A stretch of DNA of 64,000 nucleotides from NCBI RefSeq assembly GCF_000142905.1, contig NW_013657678.1, positions 372,001 to 436,000 of the forward strand, given 5' to 3'. Shown in pieces: positions 10,901 through 22,318 of this stretch (positions are counted from its first letter, which is position 1; every line of letters starts with the position of its first letter). The notes beneath the pieces are model-generated. The model worked only from the letters and a program-made list of their open reading frames with translations, was not told the origin of the DNA and did not search any database. The position numbers were made by a program, and so were the translations under genes. This DNA is from Thecamonas trahens ATCC 50062. Lineage: Eukaryota; Protista; Apusomonadida.

Positions 10901-13198
10901 TACGCCGTTGCCATGATCGCTGATGGTCTTGGCTACGTCTACAGCGGCAGCGGCCTTGCACGCGACTGGGTCTGGGCGCGGGTGAGCGAGGAGACTTTTG
11001 CTGCTGCCGCCGCTGGTGCCAACATTGAGGTCACCATGAAGCACTCTGCATTTGCTGGTCTCACACCGCCCTCCACACCTATTGCCGTCTATGCCCAAGT
11101 CCGCAACGATCGCGGAACGCTGGGCACGACCGATGACGATGTCTCTGACTACGTCCCCGAGATCAGCGCAGCGGTTCCTCCCCTGGCACCGCCAGAAAGT
11201 CCGTGGACCGGACCGCCGCGGCTGGCCCTCGGCATAGATGGCAATGGCGCCGAGTGGCCGGCGCTCGTTGCCTCGTCTCACGCTGCCGACCTCGCTGTTC
11301 GCATTATCCCTGACGCCGCCAACGACCCCGGCCATGCCGTCTCTACCCGCGCGCAACTGCCGGACCTAGCACCGGCTAACGATTTGCGCGAGGTCATCAC
11401 CGCGGCCGATGCAGACGTTGTTGCCGTCTACGCGGTCACCTACGCCTCGATCGGTACTCCGCCGACGCCGGGTGCGCGCTACCAAGTCTTTTTCGTCACG
11501 GATGCGCCGCGTGCTGGATACTTGCTCGACACTGGCAGAGTTGCCGTTGCGTATCTGGAGAACGGCGCCGGGTACGTCTACTCGGGATCCGAAGTCTCGC
11601 GGTCGTGGGCATGGACCTTGCTGCCCGCGCCATCAAGCCAGTATTCAGCTGTGGCGAGCGGCAACGCGTTTGAAGCCTTTATGGCCTCACGTTTCTGGGT
11701 TCATCTCGTCGATAGTGATGCTGCTGTGACCCCGATTGTCGCGCTTGTCAGTGGCGACTCGGGCTACGCTGACTTTGCGCCCGACGTCCGCCCCGCGACC
11801 GAGAGCTCCAAAACTGGCATTGCCGCCCACATCGAGTGGCTGATGGATCCAGGCGAGACGTGGCTCATTCGCGGCTCGTTGCTGCTTGCGCTTCTCATCT
11901 GCTGCTGTTGCAGCTTGCTTGTCCTCTGCATGTGGCGCCGGCAGCGCAAGCTGGCCAAGGCGTCGGCAGCACCTCTCGCTGCGGACAGCGCGTCGGACAG
12001 AGCCCCCACCGACGATGCCGCTGCCAGCATGTCTGCAGACCGGCAGATGGGCAAAGGTAACGATGGAGGCGGGGACTGGTCGGAGCATGGCCATGTTTCG
12101 GCGTCAACTTCGGCCGGACAAATTGTTCTGACCTCGATCTCGCCACCAGGCATCATAGTGCCAATGCCTGTGACCACGGCGCGTCGTAGCTCAGCGTCCG
12201 ACTCGAACGCATCCGATTTGTCGTCCAACTCGATACACGGCGCAACATCTCAGCCACGCGATGAGGCTCGCCTGCTTCCGCTTGTGCGTTCGAGCGAGTC
12301 CGACTCTGGCTCTCATTCGGACCATTCGCGGAGCGGGGAGACGTCGACAGCGACGTCTTCGGCGCTTGATGAGCCTGCCTACTACGAAGAAGCCGCGCAT
12401 GCCTATGAGCAGGCGGGCTATCCGCCACTGCCGCCGGAAGTTGCGCTTGCATCCAACCCGTATCAGAGTTGGGAACCGCGTGACCTGCCGCCGCCAAGCT
12501 CGTCAGGCGGGCATCTTTCCCCGCCCTCACCACAGAACATGCTGCGGTTCCAGTCGACTCTGCTGGACAATAGCGCGCGGATGCAGCTTAAGCAGTCGTT
12601 CCCGCGCTCGTTGTCGGCACGGCTGGGCCCGGGCTCGCGGCCCCCGCGCCGGGTTCCCCGCGATCGGGTCCGCAAGTCCGGTGGCGACAACATGCAGCGG
12701 ACACTCGCTGCGCTCCGCAAGAAGAAGCTGGCGGCCATGGCCCGCTCGCGGACCCTGCTCACTGAGGACATTACGTTTGGCCTGGAGGCACTCGGCCCAG
12801 CACCGCTCCTGGCCATGGCGTCGGGTCTCCTGCTCCGACACCAATCGTCACAGCTTCATGACGAGTCGGACTCGTCGTACACGAGCGAGTACGATCCCGA
12901 CCACAGCCTCTCACCGCCACCGTTTCCACAAGGGCGGCTCCCGCACAAGTCGCTCGCGCGTGAGCTGTCCAAGCCGTTCTCGCGGCGCCGATCGCGGGCT
13001 GATTGGGCCTCGCACGTCCTGGCCGCCGCTGTCGCGCAGAATCTCAACCCAGGACTCGCCGAGAACGACAACGACTCGGCTTCGGACATTGTCGTTGCCC
13101 GCCGCCGGCCAGATGTTGATCCGGACCCCATCCTTGATCGGCATCGCTCATCGTCCGTCGATCGTTTCCGCAGGCGCCGAAACATGCAGCGAGAGTAA
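4912..13198 (+). CDS. giant type I membrane protein A (~2760 aa): signal peptide, GH114/PelA-like TIM barrel, 2 CARDB, EEGVDCGG repeats, 3 x ~200-aa modules, TM with poly-Cys, disordered tail; two frameshifts (~5577, ~5713)
   Basis: Signal MRYLLLLTICFVATA; IGYVSVCED, DGLFLDTLD (6797-6823), LLIGNR, YWES; CARDB-type PDLVV...LDATEAIPEADETNNE; TM LLLALLICCCCSLLVLCMWRR. The bridging frame 5580-5712 (FFAIVNIDTFPTPGFDATAPLF) aligns with paralog B (AFASLVFDTVPTGGYAIGSPLF). Confidence 0.85.
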
Positions 13199-13337
13199 TA
13201 GCCCAGCGTAGTTGTCTCTGCCCAACCGGTGCTAAAAGCCGCCAGCCCCCCCCCCCCCCCCCCCCCCCTCCCCTCCCCCTCGCGCCACACCTCACGCACT
13301 TTACCCATCCCCCACCACCTTCATCTCCACACACCCA

Positions 13338-14384
13338 ATGGCACCAGCTCGAGTGGTATGCCTGGTGGCGGTCATGGCGCTGGTACTGGTGGCGGCGGCT
13401 GTCGTTCCGGCTGGGGCAGGGTCGGTCACACCACGTAGCTCGGACGCCGTTCTCCGCAACAACATCACGTCGGCAGACAACACGTCGCGCGACGCGCGGG
13501 TGGAGGGTGACGTCGAAGTGCTTGACCCACTGAGCTACACCGGCGAGCTGACGGTGGCCCGCGGCGGTGTGCTGCGTGTCAAAGCTGCGTTCTCGGCGGC
13601 GTCAGTCGTGCTCGAGGCCGGTGCTGCGCTGCAGACGCAGGCAGCAACGACGGTGACCCGTCTGACGGTGGCTGCCGGAGCTGGCGTTGAGGCAACCGGC
13701 GGGAGTTTGACAGTCACTGCTCTGGTCTCGGCCGGGAGTCTCAAGCTCGACGGCCAGGCGGTGGCGGTGACCGACGCCACACTCAGCCAGTCGGCGAGCT
13801 ACGAGCTGGCGGTGAGCGGGTCAGCCGACTCGGCAACGCCGCGGCTGGCGGTGGCTGGCGTTCTGCGCCTTGATGGCCCCGCCGTCATCACTCTCAGCAT
13901 CCGCCCAGGCTTTGTCTTCCCGGTCAATGCCACCATGACTGTGGCTAGCCTCGGTACGGTGCTCGGCGATTTTGGCTTTGTCCGCATCGTTCACATGGAT
14001 CGCACGGCGTCCGCTCGCTCGCTGCTGCAAGAGAGCGGCGTCGCCGACTACGGAGTTGTGCGGTGCACATCAGGCTCGGGCTGCGTCGTGACCGGCATGT
14101 CCAACCGCGGTGACATTGTTGAAGAGTTCTCCGACTCGGCCCACACCCACCTGTTCATCGGCCTTGTCTCAGCCATCGGCATTTGCGTGGTCTTTGCGCT
14201 TGCGGTTGCGTTTTATGCCGTCGCCAAGGCCCGCGAGCACGACAATGCGTACCAAGCCGTCAAGGATCGCGAGAGCGAGCTGGCGCTGCTGCAAACACGC
14301 CAGCGCCTGCGCCGTAAGCGCGACTCGCTCGGCACCACTCGGCGTGGTGCAGGCAGCGACTCGTTGTCGCCGGCCGGGTCGTAG
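13338..14384 (+). CDS. single-pass membrane protein with a beta-strand-rich (adhesin/autotransporter-like) ectodomain
   Basis: N-terminal signal peptide, G/A/V/T/L-rich repetitive strands (GGVLRV, AGAALQ, GGSLTV, AGSLKL), TM LFIGLVSAIGICVVFALAVAFYAV, basic tail. Confidence 0.7.
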   Translation: MAPARVVCLVAVMALVLVAAAVVPAGAGSVTPRSSDAVLRNNITSADNTSRDARVEGDVEVLDPLSYTGELTVARGGVLRVKAAFSAASVVLEAGAALQTQAATTVTRLTVAAGAGVEATGGSLTVTALVSAGSLKLDGQAVAVTDATLSQSASYELAVSGSADSATPRLAVAGVLRLDGPAVITLSIRPGFVFPVNATMTVASLGTVLGDFGFVRIVHMDRTASARSLLQESGVADYGVVRCTSGSGCVVTGMSNRGDIVEEFSDSAHTHLFIGLVSAIGICVVFALAVAFYAVAKAREHDNAYQAVKDRESELALLQTRQRLRRKRDSLGTTRRGAGSDSLSPAGS

Positions 14385-14397
14385 CGGCTACTCGTCG

Positions 14398-14399
<2 letters not shown>

Positions 14400-14448
<49 letters not shown>
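14400..14448. repeat. (GT)~24 microsatellite between convergent genes
   Basis: Seen directly. Confidence 0.97.
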
Positions 14449-14449
<1 letters not shown>

Positions 14450-14450
<1 letters not shown>

Positions 14451-15742
14451 CATGCATCCCCTTCTGGCGCCCATGCTGCCACCCGGTACTCGGGATCAAA
14501 CGCCGCGTTGACAAAGTGATCCACGTCGTCATCGAGGATAAAGTTGCCCATGTCCGGAACCTCTAACCCGAGCGCCGCAAGCCGCTCGGCGTCGCGCTGC
14601 AACTCGAGCGCCAGCTCCAGGTCGCGGATGCGAGCGCAATCCGCTTGGTGCACCGCGCGGAGTTCGCGGAGCTCAGTGGTGAGCTCACGGACCTCGACCG
14701 AAAGGTCAAGGACCCGCTGCTTCATGAACTTGTTTGGCGGTGTCGGTGGTGTGCTTGCCCGCGGAGCGGTGACAGTCGGTGGCGGACCAACACCAGCTGC
14801 CTCAGCCTCGCGGACCCGGAGCAGCTCGCTCTCGGCGCACTGGAGCGCCTGTTCAGTTGCCTTGAGTCTGTGAAGTAGCGCGGCGGCGTCGGCAGGGGTG
14901 ACTTCAGCTGCGACAGCTTGCCGAGGACCGGGAGACGAGCCTGTGTTGCGAAATATGTGCTTGAGAATCTTGATGCATGTTCTCGAGTCTGAATACAGTG
15001 CGTGGTCAAGCGGTGACTGGCCCTGATCATCAACAACGAACGGGTCGGCGCCCGCATCGAGCAGCGCCTCGAGTACATCGGGGTGGCCGCGGTGTGCTGC
15101 ATAGATGAGTGGTGTCCGCCCGAGTCTGTCCTGATTGTTGATGTCTGCGCCTGCTGACGCTAGCTCGAGCACAAAGTCAACATGCCCATTAAAAACGCCC
15201 CACATCAGCGGCGTCCGCCCCTCGGTGTCGACCGGATCGAGCTCGGCGCCGGCGTCGAGCAGGAGGCGTGCCATGTCAATAGAGCCCTCGTAGGCAGCAA
15301 AGTGAACCGCAGTCTGGTCGTCTGCATCGCGAGCAGCAAGCGAAAACGGGGCTAGATCACGGCTTTTCTCGTCACTTGGCGCTGCCGTGTTGTCATCCGC
15401 ATCCTGCGCCGGCAATGCATTGAGCTCAAGCCGCGGCATGGCGAGGAGCCACTCGACAATGTGGGCATGGCCGAGCGAAACGGCAATATGCAGCGGAGTG
15501 GAGCGAGCTGGCCTGTCGTGGGCGCCGAGTGAGGCGCCGCGTGAAGCAAGGAACATGACCACGTCCAAGTGACCGCTCAGTGCGGCCCAGTGGACAGGCG
15601 TCCGGCCGTGGTCGTCGTACTCGTCGATGCCGTCGGAACGCTTGTCGAGCGCCCGCGACACGCCCACCACAGAGCCCTCGTACGCAGCCTTGTGCATGCC
15701 GGTCAGCTTGGAGCCGTCTATCTTGGTGCTGGAGTTGCCCAT
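14450..15742 (-). CDS. ankyrin-repeat protein with C-terminal coiled coil and probable N-myristoylation
   Basis: Multiple ankyrin units (GRTPVHWAA, STPLHIA, GRTPLMWG, GRTPLIYAA). The likely start MGNSSTK at 15742 fits the MGxxxS/T motif; the upstream in-frame extension crosses a poly-C tract. Confidence 0.85.
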
Positions 15743-15945
15743 GCTGCGTCTCTCTCTCGGTGTTGCACACAGCAACAATGGGTATCGCGGGCGGCGGGTG
15801 GGGGGGGGGGGGGGGGCGGGAGTGAGGTGGCTAGCCTCCACCGCTTGTGGCCAGGCCGGATCGGGCTCGGTCATCGGCGGCATGCTTTACATGTGAGACT
15901 CCACACAGGGGCAAGCATGTCAGAGTGCTGGAAGAAAAGCCAGCG

Positions 15946-17514
15946 TTAGGCCGATGTTGATGCCGAAGCCGAGGCCGAGCCCCGCGGTGAGACCGAGGGC
16001 GAAAGCCAGTCGACGATCGAGCCGAAGAACCAGTTCGATGGAGTAGATGCTGCAGACGTCGGTGTAGTTGCTGCGTGGAGGTCGGCAAAAAGGTCGCAAA
16101 CAGCCTGGAGCTTGGTGGCGCGGAGGCTCAGGGCCTCGTTGCCGCGCTCACTCTCACGGGTTACGTACTGCCATGAGCCGAGCGATGACTGCAGCGCGGC
16201 AAGATCAAGTGTGTTGTGCTCGACCGAATGCGAGCGGAGGCGTGACGCCGCTGCAGGGCTTTGCAGGTCGGCGGGGACGGGCACCGGGGCGGCTGGTTCA
16301 GGATCAGCTGCGGGCGCGGGCGCGGGCGCGAGGGCAAAGTGCTGCGCGGCGATGCGTGGTAGCATGAAGAAGCAGAACGGGAGGATGTCTTCGTGGCGCG
16401 AAGCCCGATCCCTGAGCTTGTGCGAGAAGGCCATCCAGTCGTAGACTAAGGTAAAGTAAAGGATGGCCTGCGGCGAGAGCGAGGCATGAGCAAGGCCGTC
16501 GGCCCAGAGCGAGAGACGGAGGAGCGAGATGAAGAGCGGAGTGCGATCCCAGCCCGAAATGCAGTGGACAAGGAGGCCGGCCGGCTCGTGCCGATCGTCG
16601 AGGAGGCCCAGCATGAAAAGGAGATACGATTCGGTCATGGTGACGAGCGACCACGATTGGTAGTGCTGCCACGAGAGATGGGCGGCGCGCCCAGGCAGAG
16701 GAGCATCAAGCGCAAGGACCGAGTTGCACTCGGCGTGGCTCCAGTCAAAGACAAGCTCGTCGGCAGCTTCGGGTGCAGCGGCAAAGGCGGCAAAATGTTC
16801 GACGCCGGGGTAGGGGATGGCGTTGATGGAGATGCCTGCGCGCTGGTACCGCTGGAACGAATCGACCTTTTCGGATGAGCACACAAACATGCCCCACTTA
16901 ACCTTGCGGCCCTCGACCATGAGGTCACAGACGTAGCGTACCCCGAGCGCCTTAAGCAGCGCAATGTCGGCTTCGCGGGCACGATCGACAATGTCGCCGG
17001 TGGCGGCGGTCCGCGACGCGGTTGCGCCCTCGACCTCCAGCTCGCTCGCATCATCAACGGGCGTCGCCACCGCGCTTGCAAACCGCAGCGACGACTTGGC
17101 CGTAAAGAGCACGGTTTGCCCGAGTGCTTCTTTCTTGGACGCGAGCGTCGACGAGCGACAGATGAACCGCCCACGGAAGGGGATGACTGGGACCACGAAG
17201 CGGCCGCGGACTCGCGCTTGCCGGGCTTTGAAGAACAGCGCCTGCAGCGTGGCAGAGTCAGTCGGCCCGGGCGCTCGCGCATCGGCCGCCCGCGCGTTGA
17301 GGATAAGGACCCGGGCTGCGTATGTTCCACACAGAATGCCGCCCGGATTGGCCACGCGAACCACCTCGTAGTCCACAGCCGCCAGCCGCTCGGCGGTCTC
17401 CAGCGCGGCATCCACCACAGGGCACGGGGCCGCAGGCGTCGCCGACGCGTAAAAGTGTTCCATCACCTCCACCAGGCCCGCACAGAGGTCATCATCCGTA
17501 GGCAAGCCCTGCAT
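15946..17514 (-). CDS. MTMR14: myotubularin-related phosphoinositide phosphatase 14
   Basis: HCISGWDRTPLF CX5R loop, RGRFVVPVI, DLMVEGRKVKWG...SSEKVD, PYPGVE, YDWMAFSHKL. Confidence 0.9.
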   Translation of the reverse strand: MQGLPTDDDLCAGLVEVMEHFYASATPAAPCPVVDAALETAERLAAVDYEVVRVANPGGILCGTYAARVLILNARAADARAPGPTDSATLQALFFKARQARVRGRFVVPVIPFRGRFICRSSTLASKKEALGQTVLFTAKSSLRFASAVATPVDDASELEVEGATASRTAATGDIVDRAREADIALLKALGVRYVCDLMVEGRKVKWGMFVCSSEKVDSFQRYQRAGISINAIPYPGVEHFAAFAAAPEAADELVFDWSHAECNSVLALDAPLPGRAAHLSWQHYQSWSLVTMTESYLLFMLGLLDDRHEPAGLLVHCISGWDRTPLFISLLRLSLWADGLAHASLSPQAILYFTLVYDWMAFSHKLRDRASRHEDILPFCFFMLPRIAAQHFALAPAPAPAADPEPAAPVPVPADLQSPAAASRLRSHSVEHNTLDLAALQSSLGSWQYVTRESERGNEALSLRATKLQAVCDLFADLHAATTPTSAASTPSNWFFGSIVDWLSPSVSPRGSASASASTSA

Positions 17515-17823
17515 TGCCGTCGGCTCGCGAAGCGCGTGGCGGACGGGCGCAAAGTTCGACGACAAAGAGCTTCCGAGTCAGCGCTCGCGCGGGCGCGGGG
17601 AAGGTAGCCTCGCGGAGCAATGTGAGGGCGCAGGCTTGGAAGGAAGTGAACAGCACAAGGACTGAGCCGGGTGCTGTGCCACAGAGAGAGATGCGATGCG
17701 ATGCGTGGCACGGTGGTGCCTTGCCTGACGGGTGTGTGTTCCTTTTGTGGGGGTGGAGTGTGCCATCGCGTGTGACACGGGCATGCGGCGAGACGAGGCG
17801 ACAGCGGCAGAACAATGTGACTC

Positions 17824-20800
17824 TCATCCCCCAGGAAAGTCGGCCTGGGTCGCGGCGTCGAGAGCTCGCTTGAGCGAGGTGATGTTTGGGCGCTGCGACG
17901 GCTCGGCCATCCAGCAGCGGGTGATGACGTCGCGCAGGAGCCTGGAGCGGACATGCTCGAGCGGTGGGAGCTGGCAGCGCATGATACGGAAGCCTACTTC
18001 GACGGCGTTAGAGCCGGAGAAAGCTTGCATGTGTGCAGTGAGCTCAAAGAGGAGGGTGCCCATGACAAAGATGTCTGATTCCATGGCGTCCGGCTCGCCA
18101 CGGAGTGACTCGGGCGCCATGTAGGCGACCGACGGGGCGAGCGTCATCGTCGCCATGTTGTGCTTGATGGCGTTGAGGCCAAAGTCGCAAAGCACCACAC
18201 CGGAGATGTCTGCCACGTCTGAGCCGCGGAGGAGCACGTTGGTTGGCCGAAGCGCGCCGTGATACTGACCGCGGTCGCGGTGGAGAACCTCGAGAGCGGC
18301 GACGAGGGAGCGGGCGATCGTAAGCGTTGTTGCCGGAGTGAGCGGCATGTCGACGTCCACGCCGCTGCTCGCGGCCCGAAAGGCTTTCACAAGGAGAACC
18401 TCAAGCGAGCCGAGCGGGAGGTACGGGACGACGCACGAGACGAGCGGCGGAGTGGCACAGACGCTGATGGGCGCTGCCAGGAGCGGCGAGCCAGCAACCA
18501 GAGCGGCGGAGCGCTTCATCGCGCTGACGTAGGCGACGAGATCTTCGGGTGTGTAAGTTTGCCGCAGCGAGACCTTGATGAGCACCTTACCCATCCCGTC
18601 GAGCTCCGCTGGGTAGAGCGTGGCGTACGATCCGGTCATCTTTTCACCGCTCTCATCGATGAGGTCTTGGATAGCGTCGCGGGAGATTAAAAAGGTCGAG
18701 CCCACGCGATCAGGCTCAGCCTTGATACTCTGGCCCTTGGCCGTGAGCGCCAGAAGTGAGTCAAGGAGTGAGCTGTTGCCCTTCTCGGCTATTCGCGACC
18801 GCGAGTACAGGTCGGCCTTGCCCGGGGCAGCCGAGCGATCGCAGTGATCGTCAGCGGCAGCATCTGCAACGTAGCGGGCACGCCGTTCCTCAAACGAGAT
18901 GGGAATGAAGTCAAGGTCAATGTCCGACGGTCCGCCGGGAAAGGCGGAGACCAGCTCACCTTGGATATGGAAGCCGGGCTCCGACTCGACTGCGGTGAGC
19001 CGACAGAGTTCGTCGAGTGCTTCCATGGCTGAGCCAACGAGGGTGGCCAAGCCTCCGTCGCCGCGACTTTTGCTGACACCACCGTAGACAGCGACGACGC
19101 CGATCTTGCTACTGCCGAGCGCTGAATCGAGCTGGGTGAGCGATTCAAGGGCCAGGACAGCTTGGGCAGGGCGATGGAGCGCAACGGTGACGGTGGCCAA
19201 CCCCCAGTCGACGACGGTTCCGCCCGCTTCAAGGGCAGTCTCGCGGATCGAGGAGTGGAAGAGCTTGAGCGCATGGGCGGTGTGGACGAGGGCGTCGCTG
19301 AGTGCAGCCTCGATGTTTGAGAACGTGACGGCGATGACAACCACGGTGCCGGTCGGGATCGATTGCATCGACGGGTAGATAACCTCAGACGGCTCGTAAA
19401 GACTTTCGAGCATGCGCGCGGCCTCACCGAGCGAGAGCCGCTGGTGTGGATCGGCGTGCCACATGCGGGTGATGATCGAGGCGAGACTGTCGAGCTCGCC
19501 AGGCACAAGCATGATGTTGGGTCGGCGACCAGTGCGGACCTGGAGCGCGACTGCCATTGGGTTCTCGTTGGGATACGGGTCCGATCGGGCAGCAAGCTCA
19601 AAGAGCGTGATGGCCAGCGCGTACGCGTCCGACGCCACAGAAAGCGCGTCCGGCCCGCGGTCCAAGATCTCTGGCGCAGCCCAAAAGAGCGAGCCAAGGT
19701 TCTGAGCCTCAGCAGGTAGCGAGGCGTCAGCCGCCTCAACTTGCTTCACCTCTATGTCACTTCGCAGCGACGACATGCCAAAGTCGACGATCTTGGGCAC
19801 CCACGAGGCGTCAAACATGACGTTGAGTGACTTAAAGTCGGCATGGACTACCCCGGCCAAGGTGAGGAACTCGAGACCTTGGGCCATGTTGTGGGCCCAC
19901 TGGAAGACGATCGAAGCGTCCAGAAAGATGCTGCCATCATGGATGACGTCATAGAGCGAGCCGCGGTCGAGAAACTCGGTGACAATTGACGGCGGGTCAA
20001 GAACGATGCCCATGAACATGACAATGTTGCGGTGGCGAAGGCTCATTAGCATGCGCGCTTCTTCGATAAAGTCGGCGACGTCCTGGCGCTTGCTAAACGC
20101 ACGATGAGCGCGTTTGACAGCCACCTCAGTTCCTCGCCACAAAGCCCGGTACACGGTTCCAAAGGCGCCCACACCAACCACCGTGCCAACTCTGAGCTCG
20201 TCCTGCGAAATCGCGACGTCGGCGTCGGCAGAGAGCCGGAGCTCCGAGGCGCCAACCCGTGCAGACTTGCTCCGGCTCAACAAGTACCTGATGACCAAGG
20301 CAATCGCGGTTAGATACAGGACGAGCGGAACGATGATAGCGAGGAGGAGCGCAGATGACATGCCTGAATCACCGTCGTCGGCAATGTCGAGACCGTATAC
20401 AAACGTCCGGACCGGCGACGGACTGAGCCCATCGCCAGCGGCCATGGCCTTGACGACCACGTCACCCGAAGAGGCAAGCACGATTGGGCCCGAGTACTGC
20501 GCAGCGCCAGCGGTTGGAGGCGAGCCGTCAAGCGTAAAGTAAATGACAGCATTGGCTGTCAATGTGGTGAGCTGGACAGCAATCGCCGTCTTGTAGTGGC
20601 CCGGCGATGGATGGGCCTGCGGCTCCAGCGTGAGCCGGAGCCGATGCTGGAGGCGGGCAGCTTCGAGGCGCTGGAGCTCTTGGGCGAGCGAGACATTGGC
20701 CGCTGGATCTATGAACATCTCTAGCGCCGAGAGCCATGCAGAGCGGAATGACGGCGGGCTAAAGGTGATGTAGCTCCAGTCGAGCAACCTCGTGGCGTGC

Positions 20801-21831
20801 GAGGTCAGGTCGTAGCCCAGCATAGCCTCGGGCGTGGTTGCAAGCGCCCTACCTCCCACCCAGAGTGGAAAGGCCGAGCCTGAGGCAGCCACAGAGCTCC
20901 TAGCGACGTCGAGAGCGCCGAGGAGGTCACGAGAAAGCGCGGGAAAGGGCGCGTTGATAGGGACGGCAAGGAAGTGGGCAAAGCCAAGGACGCCGACGTC
21001 GAGCGGATCCGAAGCCGAGCTGGACGCCTGCGCACCCCAGGTGATCGGCATGTTGTAGTGCGGAAAGGCAATGGATGCGTTGCGGCCGGAAGCCGCCGCA
21101 TCGTAACCGCACGCCAGTAGCGGCGACTGATCGCTTGGCCCAAAGTAGCCTGCGCTAGCGAACGATCGGAGGAGGTGGACGGTGGCGTTGACTTCCGGAG
21201 ATGTGAAAGAGACGTTGAAGCCGAGCGAAAACGCGTGGGTATATGTGGCCCCGTGCATGGCCAGCGCCAAATGGTCAAACCAGAGCGACGGGATAGGAGC
21301 GTTGCCGGCTGGCCCGAGGCATCGCCTACCCAGCACGACAGCGCGGTGGCAGAAGGCGTGCAACTGCGAGAAGGTGATCGGAGGCGAGAGCTCAAACCCG
21401 GTGAGCTCATCAGGTGAGAAAGCGCAGGTCGAGATGGCACCGAAGAGCGGGAGACTGTTTGCGGCGAGGGCGGCGATAGCCGGCAGCGGTGGTGGCGAGG
21501 CAGGCGACGGAAGGTCATGAAACATCGGGTTGGGCAGAGTGCCAGGCGGCGCTGTGCCTGCAGCAGGATGCAGAGGAACGAGGTCAGGCCCCACAAGCGA
21601 CCCGAGCCACGGCGAGTAGCTGGCCAAGTCGACCGGAAGCGACTGAGCGATGACAAGGGCCGGCGTAGTAGTGTTTGCCGCCGTCACAGCGGCGGCCACT
21701 GAGTGCCCCACTCCTCCGCCGGCGGCGTCGAGGTTGAAGACCAATGCACGAAGTTGGACTCCCGAGTCAGCAAAGGCGGCCACAATGATCATCGCCACGA
21801 TCAAAGCCGCAATTTGTTTTCTGCGAACCAT
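17824..21831 (-). CDS. receptor-type TKL kinase: signal, solute-binding-like ectodomain, Fn3-assoc/CHB_HEX_C domain, TM, kinase, degenerate cyclase, pseudokinase
   Basis: IYFTLDGSPPT (Fn3-assoc); TM LLLAIIVPLVLYLTAIALVI; kinase 1 GVGAFG/VAVK/HADFKSLN/DFG/APE; PTGTVVVIAVTFSNIE cyclase-like start; kinase 2 HGALRPTN/DFG/APE. Confidence 0.9.
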   Translation of the reverse strand: MVRRKQIAALIVAMIIVAAFADSGVQLRALVFNLDAAGGGVGHSVAAAVTAANTTTPALVIAQSLPVDLASYSPWLGSLVGPDLVPLHPAAGTAPPGTLPNPMFHDLPSPASPPPLPAIAALAANSLPLFGAISTCAFSPDELTGFELSPPITFSQLHAFCHRAVVLGRRCLGPAGNAPIPSLWFDHLALAMHGATYTHAFSLGFNVSFTSPEVNATVHLLRSFASAGYFGPSDQSPLLACGYDAAASGRNASIAFPHYNMPITWGAQASSSASDPLDVGVLGFAHFLAVPINAPFPALSRDLLGALDVARSSVAASGSAFPLWVGGRALATTPEAMLGYDLTSHATRLLDWSYITFSPPSFRSAWLSALEMFIDPAANVSLAQELQRLEAARLQHRLRLTLEPQAHPSPGHYKTAIAVQLTTLTANAVIYFTLDGSPPTAGAAQYSGPIVLASSGDVVVKAMAAGDGLSPSPVRTFVYGLDIADDGDSGMSSALLLAIIVPLVLYLTAIALVIRYLLSRSKSARVGASELRLSADADVAISQDELRVGTVVGVGAFGTVYRALWRGTEVAVKRAHRAFSKRQDVADFIEEARMLMSLRHRNIVMFMGIVLDPPSIVTEFLDRGSLYDVIHDGSIFLDASIVFQWAHNMAQGLEFLTLAGVVHADFKSLNVMFDASWVPKIVDFGMSSLRSDIEVKQVEAADASLPAEAQNLGSLFWAAPEILDRGPDALSVASDAYALAITLFELAARSDPYPNENPMAVALQVRTGRRPNIMLVPGELDSLASIITRMWHADPHQRLSLGEAARMLESLYEPSEVIYPSMQSIPTGTVVVIAVTFSNIEAALSDALVHTAHALKLFHSSIRETALEAGGTVVDWGLATVTVALHRPAQAVLALESLTQLDSALGSSKIGVVAVYGGVSKSRGDGGLATLVGSAMEALDELCRLTAVESEPGFHIQGELVSAFPGGPSDIDLDFIPISFEERRARYVADAAADDHCDRSAAPGKADLYSRSRIAEKGNSSLLDSLLALTAKGQSIKAEPDRVGSTFLISRDAIQDLIDESGEKMTGSYATLYPAELDGMGKVLIKVSLRQTYTPEDLVAYVSAMKRSAALVAGSPLLAAPISVCATPPLVSCVVPYLPLGSLEVLLVKAFRAASSGVDVDMPLTPATTLTIARSLVAALEVLHRDRGQYHGALRPTNVLLRGSDVADISGVVLCDFGLNAIKHNMATMTLAPSVAYMAPESLRGEPDAMESDIFVMGTLLFELTAHMQAFSGSNAVEVGFRIMRCQLPPLEHVRSRLLRDVITRCWMAEPSQRPNITSLKRALDAATQADFPGG

Positions 21832-22318
21832 GCTGGGAAGGTCCAGATGAGTAGTTACTCACGCAGAGCCGAGTGTGTGCGTGGGTGTTGGGAGGCTTAC
21901 GCAAGCGAGTGAGTTTGTTCGGCTTTTGGGTCACCCGGGTCGCCAACACTGCCTTGGTTGCCAATTCGTATCACTCCCCCGATCCGCCGCTTCGGAGCAA
22001 TTGTAGTTTCCCCGCTGTTTTTGCTTTGATCGTTGTTGGGGGTGGGCTTTTGGACAACTGTGTGATCTTGACTCGTTCCCTTGAGCCACCCGCACCTGGT
22101 CAAGCTCGAGGCGCTCTTGCAGAGACACACTCCTCGTTTCACCCTCTTCCTCCTCCTATCCCCCTTCCCCCTCCCCCCTCCCCCTTCCTTTCTTGGCATT
22201 GGCATTGCCCCAAGACACGGGAGTGCCTAGTGCCTAGGTGTGAGTGTGGCAAGAGTGACTGCGACCACGCTGTTCGATTGTCACCCTTGACAGAACACTG
22301 CTGTCGTAGGCAAGGAGC

